From an uncultured Actinomycetota bacterium (GTDB lineage Bacteria > Actinomycetota > Actinomycetes > Mycobacteriales > Jatrophihabitantaceae): DNA of 64,000 nt. The notes under the pieces are model-generated. The model was not told the origin of the DNA. It saw nothing but the letters and a program-made list of their open reading frames with translations, and did not search any database. The translations under genes were made by a program, and so were the position numbers. The stretch covers positions 857 through 64,856 of the forward strand of contig CAVPYQ010000009.1 in the NCBI GenBank assembly GCA_963709985.1, written 5' to 3'. Shown here piece by piece: positions 49,392 to 58,899 of the stretch. The stretch's first letter is position 1; every line of letters begins with the position of its first letter.

Positions 49392-50559
49392 TCAGCCGGC
49401 GGCGCGGGCGGCGACAAGTACGTCGCCGCAGACAGCGGGCAGCCCGGTTTGATCCACCGCGCGCTGGGTGAGAACGACAACGGTCAGGTCCTGCGACGGC
49501 AGGTTCGTCCACGCGGTTCCGGATCCGCCCTCCCAGCCGTAGCCGTCTTCACGTATCGACACCCCGTATCCCCAACTACGGTCGTCGAGGAAGCTGAATC
49601 CCGGCCAGACGTTCGCCCGCTGGGCCCGCGCTCAGTTGATCGCGGGTCATCTCGGCAACCGTGGCCGCGGTCAGCACCGGGCTTCCGCCGCGGATGAGCA
49701 TCCGGCCGAATGCCAGCAGGTCGTCGACCGACGACACGAGCCCGGCACCGCCGTCGGCGAACCGCGGCGGGCGAGACCACTGGCCCTCCGGCGGGTCAGT
49801 CGCGACAAGGTCACCGTCGCGGTTCTCGTACGCCGTCGCGAGCCGGTCAGTATCGGTGGTGTGGAAGCCGGTGTCGTTCATGCCGAGCGGGCCGAGCAGT
49901 CGCTCGCGCATGACGTCGGCGAACGGGGCTCCGGCAGCGCGTGCGGCCAGGACGCCGAGCACCTGCGAACCGGACTGGTACAGCCAGCGCTCGCCGGGCT
50001 GGGCAAGGAGCGGCAACTCGCCGAGCCGGGCCATCCAGGTGTCGGGATCCGGCGTCGCGTCAGGCTGTGGCCCGGTGAAGGTGGCCAGCCCGCGCTCGCC
50101 CGCAGCCGTGACGATCGGCCAAGGCTCAGGGGCCATGAACATCGCGCCCTGCATCCCGAATCCCCAGGTGAACGTCAGCAGATCGCGAACCGTGATCGGC
50201 CGCTGCGCCGCGACCGTGTCGTCGAGCGGGCCGTCCGGGCGGCGCAGCACGCGCCGATCGGCCAGTTCGGGCAGCATCTCCTCGACCGCCCCGTCCAGAT
50301 CGAGCAGGCCGTCATAGATCTGCGAGAGCACCACCGCCGCCGTCATCGGCTTGGTGATCGACGAGATCCGAAAGAGCGTGTCGCGCCGTATCGGCGCCCC
50401 GCCGACTGCCATGACGCCCGCCGTCGCGACATGCACGTCGCTGCCGCGAGCCACGCCCACCACCACGCCAGGTGCCTGACCGGTGGCTACCGCCTTCTCG
50501 ACGATGTCATCGATCCGGGCAAGCACAGCAATGTCCAGGCCGACGCGATCATTCATCAA
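49392..50559 (-). pseudogene. Beta-lactamase-fold serine hydrolase, frame interrupted once (or sequencing indel)
   Basis: FRISSITKPMTAA (SxxK), YQSGSQVLG. The frame changes at ~49625-49632 (..MTRDQLSA | AQRANVWPGFSFLDDRSWGYGVSIREDGYGWEGGSGTAWTNLP..). The stop is then at 49392-49394. Confidence 0.8.
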
Positions 50560-50565
50560 GCCACC

Positions 50566-51201
50566 CTACGGGTCTGCTTGCCGCATGTTGGCGTCCTGCT
50601 CCCGCGCCCAGGCGGGGTGCTTGCTGCTGGCCCAGCGGGCATCCACCGAACCGTGCCGCATACCGCGCCGCGCCTCCGCGTCGGCCGCCGCCTTGAAGAT
50701 GTGGCCGAGCACGAGTAGCCCGACGCCCAGCGCGAACCAGTCGTGCACGAAGGTCGCGCCGGTGCGCCAGGCCAGCGGCGCCAGGCCGACGAAGTACATG
50801 ATGATGCCGGTGCCGAGCAGCACGAGTATCGCTCCGCACGACAGCCAGGAGTTCAGCTTCTGGCCGGCGTTGAACTTGCCGATCGCGTCCGTCTCGGCGG
50901 GCCGGTTCCGCGCGCGCAGCCAGCGCCGGTCGTGGGCGGTGAAGCGGTTGAGCCGCGCCAGGTCGGCCCGGTAGGCCCGCGACACCAGGCCGAGCAACAT
51001 CGGCAGCGGCAACGCCATTCCGCAGTACACATGGATGAGCGCCACCAGGTGCCGGTGGCCGACGCGGATCGAGATGCTGCCGTTGTAGAGAATCGCGGCG
51101 GTCACCAGGCACACGACCATGAGCACGGCGGTGGTGCGGTGCACCATCCGCTCGGCCCAGGTGAATCGCAGGATCCGGACCGCGCCCGGCAGCGCGCTCA
51201 C
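50566..51201 (-). CDS. Cytochrome b (Ni-hydrogenase/FdnI b-type cytochrome family) membrane protein
   Basis: GTG 51201 overlaps the upstream stop (GTGA). RFTWAERMVHRTTAVLMVV and 4 TM helices with conserved His residues. Confidence 0.75.
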   Translation of the reverse strand: MSALPGAVRILRFTWAERMVHRTTAVLMVVCLVTAAILYNGSISIRVGHRHLVALIHVYCGMALPLPMLLGLVSRAYRADLARLNRFTAHDRRWLRARNRPAETDAIGKFNAGQKLNSWLSCGAILVLLGTGIIMYFVGLAPLAWRTGATFVHDWFALGVGLLVLGHIFKAAADAEARRGMRHGSVDARWASSKHPAWAREQDANMRQADP

Positions 51202-51946
51202 CGGCCGATCCAGCCGTCGACGGCGTAGCCGCGGTGCTCCCAGTACCCGCGCTCGACGTCCGCGGTCAGCTCGATCTTGGACAGCCACTTCGTGCTCTTG
51301 TAGCCGTACATCGGCGCGACGTACATGCGCACCGGACCGCCGTGATCGTGCGTGATCGGCTTGCCGCGCAGTCCGCAGCGCCACGATCACGTCGTCGCGG
51401 CGGGCCTGCGCCAAGGTCAGGCTCTCGGTGTAGGTGCCGTCGAATGAGTAGAAGCGCACGGCCGTCGCGGTCGGCGCCGGGCCGGCCGCATCGATCAGGT
51501 CGGCGAGGCGGACGCCACGCCACGGCAACCTGCAGCACCTGCCACCCGGTCACGCAGTGGAAGTCGCGGGTGAGCGCGGTCTGCGGCGCGGCCTCGAGTT
51601 CGGCCAGGGAGTAGGCGCGCGGCCGGGCGACGAGCCCGGACACCGACAAGCGATACGCCGCCGGATCGGGTCGGGGAACCGAGCCGGTCACTGAGTAGTA
51701 CCGGAACGTATCCCCCGCCGGCAGCAGGGAGATCAGTCCGGTCGGGTCGTGCAACTCGACCGGCGCGAGGACGGTCTCCAACGCGGACTGGATGGCGCGC
51801 CCGCTGACCACCCCGACCGCGCCGAGCCCAAGCAGGCCGAGAATCACCCGCCGGCCGACAGGCGCCCCCTGCGCCTGCTCTGCATCGTCCACCTTTCGAG
51901 GATGCGCCCTGCTCCCGGCCGGACAGCGACCGAGCGGCGCACTCAT
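51198..51946 (-). pseudogene. Molybdopterin-dependent (sulfite-oxidase-fold) oxidoreductase, two frame interruptions (or sequencing indels)
   Basis: RR-containing N-terminus (VGRRVILGLLGLGAVG), then TRDFHCVTGWQV. First shift at ~51529: LPWRGVRLADLIDAAGP..FYSFDGTYTESL..DDVIVAL. Second shift at ~51366: GKPITHDHGGPVRMYVAPMYGYKSTKWLSKIEL..GYWEHRGY. Confidence 0.75.
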
Positions 51947-51992
51947 TTTGCGTTTGGTAAGGATTTCGCACGCCGCGGTGCCGGGGCAGGCG

Positions 51993-53546
51993 CTATTTCA
52001 GGCCGTAATCGGCGAGCACCTCGGCGGCGGCGCGCTGACCCTCCGTCGCGCCACCTTCCATGTAGCCCTGGAAATCGATCGAGCAGTGCTCGCCGGCGAA
52101 GTGCGTATTGCCCTGCCGCACCGCCTCGTAGCCGGCGTAGTTCTGGCAGTAACCCTTCGGCCAGTACGAGTAAGCGCCGTAGGCGTACGGGTTGACGTGC
52201 CAGGCCGCGAGGGTCGCGCGCCCGTTCCACGCGCTGCCGAGTCCCGGGTAGACGGGTTCGGCCTGGCCGAGGAATGCCTTCGCCGCCTGCACGACGTCGC
52301 TTGTGCTCTGGTCGCAGAACGGCACCGCCGGGTTGAACGACGAGGCGGCGTTGCCGCCGGTGTAGTTGACGAGCATGCCCTCCGTACCGGGCTGCGCGCG
52401 CGTGGCGTCCCACGTGTTCATATAGCCCGTGTCACTGTAGGAATCTCCGGTCGAGATGCCCGGCCACGGCCCGACGCTGTTCCAGGTCCGCGTGCGGAAC
52501 TGCAACTGCAACTTGGTGTTGTGGCCCATCCGCATGCTCGCGATCTGGCCAAGCTTCCGGGCGTCGAACTTTGCCCGCGAGAAGTCGAGTCGCTGCATGA
52601 CGCCGAGCGGCACAGCCAGGATGGTGTGGTCCGCGGTCACGGTCGAGGTCGCGCCGTTCGCGGCGAACGTCAGCGTCTGCGTGCCGTCGGAGTTGGTCGC
52701 GAGCGCCGTCAGCCGCCAACCGGTCTTGATCGATCCACTCGGCAACGACGCCGCAATTGCCTTCGGCAGCAGGCCGTTGCCGCCACGGATGTGGTAGCGC
52801 TCGTCGGATGCGCCGTAGATGCTCGAACTGCCCTGGACTGGGCTGAAAGGCAAGTAGCCCCAGCAGGTTCAGCGCGGTCTGGTCGGTCGTTTCGCCGCCG
52901 AACTCCTCGTTGTACGCGACATCGAGCAGCGCGCCCATCGGCGACGAGTGCCCGCCGGGCACCCGAGTCTCGATCCAGTCGTAGAGGCTCAGGTTCGACA
53001 GCGCGGTGCCACCACCCGGTTGCGGGTTGTTCCACGTCACCGGCCAGGTGAACGACTGCATGTCTTTGGCTGATGTTCTGGTGGACGCTGCTTGAAGTCG
53101 CTGCTGGCCTGCTTGTACGGGTAGTACTGCCCGAAGAAATAGAAGGTCGGCTCGGAGTGCATCGGCTCGGCGCCGATCAGGTCGTCAAGCGCGAGCCCGA
53201 ACCGCTTGGCCAGCGCCTGGATCGTCTTGTGGCCGGTGTCGATCAACTCACCGCCCCACTCGGAAACCTGCCCGGACGCCCACGTCGTCGCATTCGAGAA
53301 CATGCGACCGCCGAGGCGGGTATTGGCCTCGTAGACGGTGCACGCGAGCCGGGAGTCCTGCATCCGCAGTGCGGCGGCGAGGCCGCTGATGCCGCCGCCG
53401 ATCACGGCGATCCGCGGCGCACTCGCGGCGCCGGCGGTGGGCTCCGCAAACGGCAACTGCGTCACTGCCACGGCACCCGCTGCTACAGCGGCGCCGCCGA
53501 GCAACTGCCGCCGGCTCAGCTGTGCCCGCGTCCAGTTCGGACCCAT
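51993..53546 (-). pseudogene. Tat-exported flavin-containing amine oxidase, two frame interruptions (or sequencing indels)
   Basis: MGPNWTRAQLSRRQLLGGAAVAAGAVAV (twin-arginine), IAVIGGGISGLAAA (FAD). Shifts at ~53062-53066 (..DFKQRPPEHQPK | DMQSFTWPVTW..) and ~52820-52825 (..PSPGQFE | IYGASDERYHIRGGNG..). C-terminal THFAGEHCS. Confidence 0.8.
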
Positions 53547-54458
53547 CTCATGGACGATGTCGGGCGTCGTATCCAGCGCGTCTGCGGCCCGATGCTCATG
53601 CGCCAAACTCCGCAGAATATTCCCTAAAGCCGTTCTGGCCATTGCGCGCGTTCCCCCGACCTGAATTAATCTGACGTGACCCGCGAGCATTGCTTGAACG
53701 ATCACCAACTGTCAATTACGCACAGCACAGACCATGCGTGGCACAAATACTTGATCGCGCGTCCGCCAATTGTTGACCTCCATTCCGGCATTGCCGCGTG
53801 CGGGGCAGATATCGGATAGTGCAAATGTCCGTGTGTCAGACGTCACCGGGTTAGGCGAATTTCGGCGTGCCATTCCGTGCCGCCTTCCACGCCCGCCTCG
53901 AATCCGGACTGGCAGCCCGGTCGACGCTTGCCTGCGGGGGTCGAGCCGCCACAACAAATTGCTCGCTGTTACGCGATGGGTGCAACCAATGACGGTCAGC
54001 CACACTGGGCACGGCCACCTGCAGTCCAGCGGCACGCTCCTAAAACGGCCTGATTCAGCCTGGACCACTCAGACTCCGCGCATAGACCGCATTCCTCCGA
54101 TTCGCGCGATCACAAACCGGGCCTCGCCGCGTCCGAAGAGACAGAACGAGATTCTTAGAATCTGGTCGGCGAGGTACCTGTGTACGCGAATAGGCCCTGC
54201 GTCCAGCTCCTGGGCCTAGTTCCGTTATAGGGCGGCATTACACGTTTGCCTTCGGTCGAATCAGGCGATCAAGCCGCCGCGGTAGCGGGCCGGTTCCTGA
54301 TCGTGTTCGACACCTGACCGCGAATCGATAAACAAGGTATAGGGCCGAACCTCGGATATCGAATCCGCGGCGTGATCGAAGTCGCCTCCGGGCGACTATT
54401 CTGCTATGACATTGCGCGTGCGAATGCGCGTAAATGCAAAAGCACGAGTCGGGGGCCA

Positions 54459-56189
54459 ATGACGGGGCGACATCATCGTGAGGCGCGGGCGACGCCTCAG
54501 CGGCGGCAACGGTCCCCGTTGGTAGTCCCACTCGCCCTGCTTGCCGTCGCTATCGGCGCCACTGCGGCAACCGCGGTCGTGATCGGAACGCGACACTCGT
54601 CCTCGCCGGCTGCGTCCACAACGGGTCCGTGCACGTCGGCGGTGTCGTTGTCGGTTGTCGCGGCTCCGTCGATCAGCTCGGTACTGAACGACATTGCCAG
54701 CCAATGGACCGCTCACCATCCGATGGTCGACGGCGCCTGCGCGACGGTCACCGTCCACAGCACAGCGTCCGCAGCCGAGGAGGCCGTTCTGTCGCGGGCA
54801 GATGTGACGATGCCCGACCTCTGGGTTCCGGATTCGTCACAGTGGGTCCAGCGGTTACGCCAGGCCACCGCCGGCGTCGACTCGCCCGTCGAGAGCACGT
54901 GGATCTACCCGGCTATCGCCACGTCACCGCTGGTTCTCGCGACGACACCGGATCAGGAGAAGGCGGTGTCCAGTGTCGCGGCCGGCGGCTGGTCGAGCGC
55001 GTTGTCGGACACGTCGGTGGTCTCGATGGTTGACCCGGCGACCAGCACGGACGGACTGCTGGCGTTGCTCACGACGCAGACGCTCGTCGACGGATCGGCC
55101 ACGCAGCCGAGCCGCAAGTTGGTCAACACCCTGGTCGGCATGTCGAAATCGGTACTGGCCGGGCCCGGTGCAGGATTCCTCGCGTTGAGCCAGCATCGGT
55201 CGTCTGCTCGGGCATTCCCGGCCAGCGAGCAGGACATCGTCGCGGCCAATGCCGGAAACAGCCTCACCGGTCCGCCGTCCGTGGTGGCCGTGTACCCGAG
55301 CGGCGCCGCTGCGTCACTCGACTTCCCGGTCGTCCAGTTCTCACCGCCGGGCGGCAACCCCGCGCAGCGCGATGCCGCCGTGGCATTCGTCGGGCAACTT
55401 TCCCAGGGCTATGCCCAGCAACTGCTGCGCGCGGCGGGATTGCGTGACCGGACCGGCACTCCGCTCTCGGCCACCCAGCCCGTGTTCGGGGTGACTTCGA
55501 CGCAGGTGGGCAAGATCGCGATTCCGCCGCCCGAGCGCGTCTCCGACGGCTTGCGGGTCTGGTCGGCGGCCGGTCGCGGCAACCGGACACTCGCCGTGAT
55601 CGACCTGTCCGGCTCGATGGCCGAGTCAGGTGGCGGCGGGCAGTCGAAGATCCAATTCGCGTCGAAGGCCCAACAGGCCGCGATCGACTTCTTCCCCGAC
55701 ACGTCATCGCTGGGGTTGTGGGGCTTCTCCGTCAACCTCACGCCCGCAACGGACTGGCTGCAGCTCGTCCCACTGGGTCCTCTCGGCGCGAACGTCGGCG
55801 CCGTGAGCCGCCGACAGGCACTGGCCAGCGCTGCCCAGGGCCTGCCGGCGCGAACGGGTGGCAACACGGGGTTGTACAAGACGACGCTGGCGGCATTCGA
55901 AGCCGTACGCGCGGGCTATGACCCGGCAGTGAACAACTCGGTCGTGATCATGACCGACGGCGGCAACACCGACACCTCTGGTATCGACCTGCCTACCCTG
56001 CTGAGCACGCTGCGCAGCGAGACCACTCCGGGCCGGCCGCTGCCGATCATCACGATCGCCATCGGCAGTGACGCAGACGTCGCGACGCTGAAGCAGATCT
56101 CGGCCGCGACCGGTGGCACCGAGTACACCGTCGAGAAACCCGAAGACATTCGCGCGGCGTTCCTCGACGCGATCATCAGAACCGGCTGA
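54459..56189 (+). CDS. Membrane-anchored substrate-binding (PBP-like) + von Willebrand factor A domain protein
   Basis: N-terminal TM/signal (LVVPLALLAVAIGATAATAVV). PBP-like region. VWA MIDAS context VIDLSGSMAE ... VVIMTDGGNTD. Confidence 0.8.
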   Translation: MTGRHHREARATPQRRQRSPLVVPLALLAVAIGATAATAVVIGTRHSSSPAASTTGPCTSAVSLSVVAAPSISSVLNDIASQWTAHHPMVDGACATVTVHSTASAAEEAVLSRADVTMPDLWVPDSSQWVQRLRQATAGVDSPVESTWIYPAIATSPLVLATTPDQEKAVSSVAAGGWSSALSDTSVVSMVDPATSTDGLLALLTTQTLVDGSATQPSRKLVNTLVGMSKSVLAGPGAGFLALSQHRSSARAFPASEQDIVAANAGNSLTGPPSVVAVYPSGAAASLDFPVVQFSPPGGNPAQRDAAVAFVGQLSQGYAQQLLRAAGLRDRTGTPLSATQPVFGVTSTQVGKIAIPPPERVSDGLRVWSAAGRGNRTLAVIDLSGSMAESGGGGQSKIQFASKAQQAAIDFFPDTSSLGLWGFSVNLTPATDWLQLVPLGPLGANVGAVSRRQALASAAQGLPARTGGNTGLYKTTLAAFEAVRAGYDPAVNNSVVIMTDGGNTDTSGIDLPTLLSTLRSETTPGRPLPIITIAIGSDADVATLKQISAATGGTEYTVEKPEDIRAAFLDAIIRTG

Positions 56190-56218
56190 ACCAACAGCCG
56201 AGCATGGGAGATCTTGGG

Positions 56219-57430
56219 ATGTCCGAACCAGCGCAGCGGCCGTACGTCGTACGGCCGGATCTCGCGCGAGGCCTGGTCAGCCGTCGCACCGCGCTCGTGG
56301 GTATGGGCGGGATGGGCGTCGCCGCCCTGCTGGCGGCCTGCGGCGGATCAGCCAAGAAGTCCGGCGCGCCGTCGAATGCCGCCGCCGTCGACACATCGGA
56401 CGTCGAGAAGGTGGTCAACTGGTCGAACTGGCCCGACTACATCGACGTCAGCGACGACGGCACCGTGCATCCAACGCTCGCGGCGTTCACCAAGTCGACG
56501 GGCATAACCGTGCACTACACCGAGGACTTCTACGACAACGAGGAGTTCTACGCGAAGGTGCGGCCACAACTCGCGATCGGTCAGGACACCGGCCGCGACG
56601 TGTGGTGTACCACCGACTGGATGGTGGCGCGGCTGATCCGGCAGAAGTACGTGCAGAAGCTGAACAACGCCAACATCCCCAATGCCGAGAATCTGCAGCC
56701 GTCGCTGCGCAATGCGGAGTTCGACCCGGGCCGCATCTACTCATTGCCATGGCAGAGCGGCTTCACCGGCATCGGCTACAACCCGAAGGCCACCAAGGGC
56801 AAGAAGGTCGAGTCGATCAGCCAGCTGTTCACCGACCCGGTCCTGAAGGGGCGCGTGACACTGCTGACCGAGATGCAGGACACCGTCGGGCTCACGATGC
56901 TGGACATGGGCATCGATCCGGCGAAGTTCACCGAGGCCGACTTCAACAAGGTGATGTCGCGCCTGATGCAGGTCAAGTCGTCCGGGCAGCTCAAGGGATT
57001 CACCGGAAACGACTACACGAAGGGCCTGGCCTCCGGTGAGATCGCCGCGTGCCTCGCCTACACCGGCGACATCGTCCAGTTGCAGGTGGACAACCCGGCA
57101 CTCGGCTACACCCTGCCGGAGGCGGGCCACGTCGTCTGGTCGGACAACTTCGTCATCCCGAACCAGGCGAAGCACAAGAAGAACGCCGAGCGGCTGATCA
57201 ACTTCTACTACGACCCGAACGCGATGGCGGCGGTCGAGGACTACGTCAACTACATCTCGCCGGTCAGCGGCTCGAAAGAGGTCCTGATCAAGTCCGACCC
57301 CGAGATCGCGAAGAATATCCTGATCTTCCCCACGGCCGAGGTGATGGCGCGCGCGCACGTGTTCCGCGGCCTGAGCGCCGATGAGGAAACCCGGTTCAAT
57401 CGGGCGTTCGCCCAGCTCATCGGCGGCTGA
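56219..57430 (+). CDS. Polyamine (spermidine/putrescine) ABC-transporter substrate-binding lipoprotein, no cognate permease/ATPase nearby
   Basis: RR motif plus lipobox (VSRRTALVGMGGMGVAALLAACGG). PotD/PotF-like blocks (VNWSNWPDYID, YSLPWQSGFTGIGYN). Confidence 0.85.
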   Translation: MSEPAQRPYVVRPDLARGLVSRRTALVGMGGMGVAALLAACGGSAKKSGAPSNAAAVDTSDVEKVVNWSNWPDYIDVSDDGTVHPTLAAFTKSTGITVHYTEDFYDNEEFYAKVRPQLAIGQDTGRDVWCTTDWMVARLIRQKYVQKLNNANIPNAENLQPSLRNAEFDPGRIYSLPWQSGFTGIGYNPKATKGKKVESISQLFTDPVLKGRVTLLTEMQDTVGLTMLDMGIDPAKFTEADFNKVMSRLMQVKSSGQLKGFTGNDYTKGLASGEIAACLAYTGDIVQLQVDNPALGYTLPEAGHVVWSDNFVIPNQAKHKKNAERLINFYYDPNAMAAVEDYVNYISPVSGSKEVLIKSDPEIAKNILIFPTAEVMARAHVFRGLSADEETRFNRAFAQLIGG

Positions 57431-57448
57431 GACGGCTGAGACGGCTGA
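57425..57448 (+). repeat. 9-bp tandem repeat (GGCTGAGAC x2.7) spanning the SBP stop codon
   Basis: ggctgagac ggctgagac ggctga. This gives three in-frame TGA codons, 9 nt apart. Confidence 0.85.
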
Positions 57449-57574
57449 TATGCGAGCAATGATCGACGATCTTGACCGACAATAATTGATCGACCGATTT
57501 CGGCGCGGCGCGCATTCACGCTGGAAATTGTCGCGTTAATGAGGCGATTGGCTTTGGCGGCGCCTGCGGTCCTG

Positions 57575-57611
57575 TAGCGTCAGCCTTATTGGCGGCGCCG
57601 CGCTGACGCTA
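57575..57611. other. 10-bp perfect inverted repeat with a GC-palindromic 17-nt loop in the SBP/GT4 intergenic region
   Basis: TAGCGTCAGC - cttattggcggcgccgc - GCTGACGCTA. Confidence 0.6.
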
Positions 57612-57756
57612 ATCGCGTGCGGCAGCCATCAGGTCACGTTGCAACGGGAGTCGCCCTCAGAGGCACTCGCCCGGGCATACACGCTGCCCCTGCCGCACGA
57701 CCTTCGCTCCGCGTGGGCTTCGCGCTCGTCTGGCGGTGCCATTCGAATGGAAGGCT

Positions 57757-58899
57757 ATGTCCACTGTGAGCACGAGCTTCGGCTTCGTCAGTACCTATCC
57801 GCCGACCCAGTGCGGACTGGCTACGTTCACCGCCGCACTCTTCAGCGAGCTGATCAGCAGCTCCGGCGACAGCGGGCTGGTCGTTCGCCTGGTGGAGTCC
57901 CCGCAGCCGCGGCCGGCCCCTGAGGTCAAGGCCCAGCTCGTCGCGGGTGATTCGGTCAGCATGCGGGGCGCGACGGCTGCGCTGAACGGGTGCGACGTCG
58001 CGATCGTGCAACACGAGTTCGGCATCTATGGCGGGCCCGACGGTTCAGAGATCCTGCCGCTGCTGGACATGCTGCAGATCCCGTCCGTCGTCATCGTCCA
58101 TACGGTGCTCACCTCGCCCACGACCGGCCAGCGCGCGGTGCTCGAAGCAGTGATGGCGAAGGCCGATGCGGTAGTCGTCATGTCCGCGACGGCGCGCGAT
58201 CGTCTTGAGGTCGGCTATGCCGTGGACATGCGCAACGTCCACGTGATCCCCCACGGTGCACCCGACGCGCACGCTCGCGTTGTAGCGGCGCCCATGTTCC
58301 GGACCGGCCAGCCCATGGTGCTGAGCTGGGGTTTGCTCGGACCGGGCAAGGGGATCGAGTGGGGAATCGACGCGTTCGCCAAATTGACCGGGCTCGAGCC
58401 GGCACCCCGGTACGTCATTGCCGGTCAGACTCACCCGAAGGTGCTGGCCCGTGAGGGCGAGGCCTACCGCATGCGGCTCAACGAGCAGGTACGACGGCTC
58501 GGGCTCGGGGCCTCCGTCCAGTTCGAGGGGCACTATCGCGACGCGATGTCGCTCGCGGCACTGGTACGGCAGGCCGATGTGGTTCTGTTGCCCTACGACT
58601 CCACCGAGCAGGTCACCTCGGGCGTCCTCATCGAAGCGGTTGCCGCCGGCAAACCCGTTGTGGCAACGCGCTTTCCGCACGCAGTCGAGCTACTGGCCGG
58701 CGGCGCCGGGCTGCTCGTACCGCACAAGGATCCTTCGGCGATGGCGGAAGCGCTGCGGACGGTGCTCACCCGCAGTGATCTCGCCGCCGGCATGGCGCGG
58801 GCCGCGGCGGCAACAGCAGAACAGTTGCGATGGCCGGCCGTGGCGGCGTGCTACCGCGATGTCAGCTCGAAGCTGATCAGAGCCGGAGTCGCCGCGTGA
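57757..58899 (+). CDS. GT4-family glycosyltransferase
   Basis: FGFVSTYPPTQCGLATF and a C-terminal GT-B domain (LLPYDSTEQVTSGVLIEAVAAGKPVVAT). Confidence 0.85.
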   Translation: MSTVSTSFGFVSTYPPTQCGLATFTAALFSELISSSGDSGLVVRLVESPQPRPAPEVKAQLVAGDSVSMRGATAALNGCDVAIVQHEFGIYGGPDGSEILPLLDMLQIPSVVIVHTVLTSPTTGQRAVLEAVMAKADAVVVMSATARDRLEVGYAVDMRNVHVIPHGAPDAHARVVAAPMFRTGQPMVLSWGLLGPGKGIEWGIDAFAKLTGLEPAPRYVIAGQTHPKVLAREGEAYRMRLNEQVRRLGLGASVQFEGHYRDAMSLAALVRQADVVLLPYDSTEQVTSGVLIEAVAAGKPVVATRFPHAVELLAGGAGLLVPHKDPSAMAEALRTVLTRSDLAAGMARAAAATAEQLRWPAVAACYRDVSSKLIRAGVAA

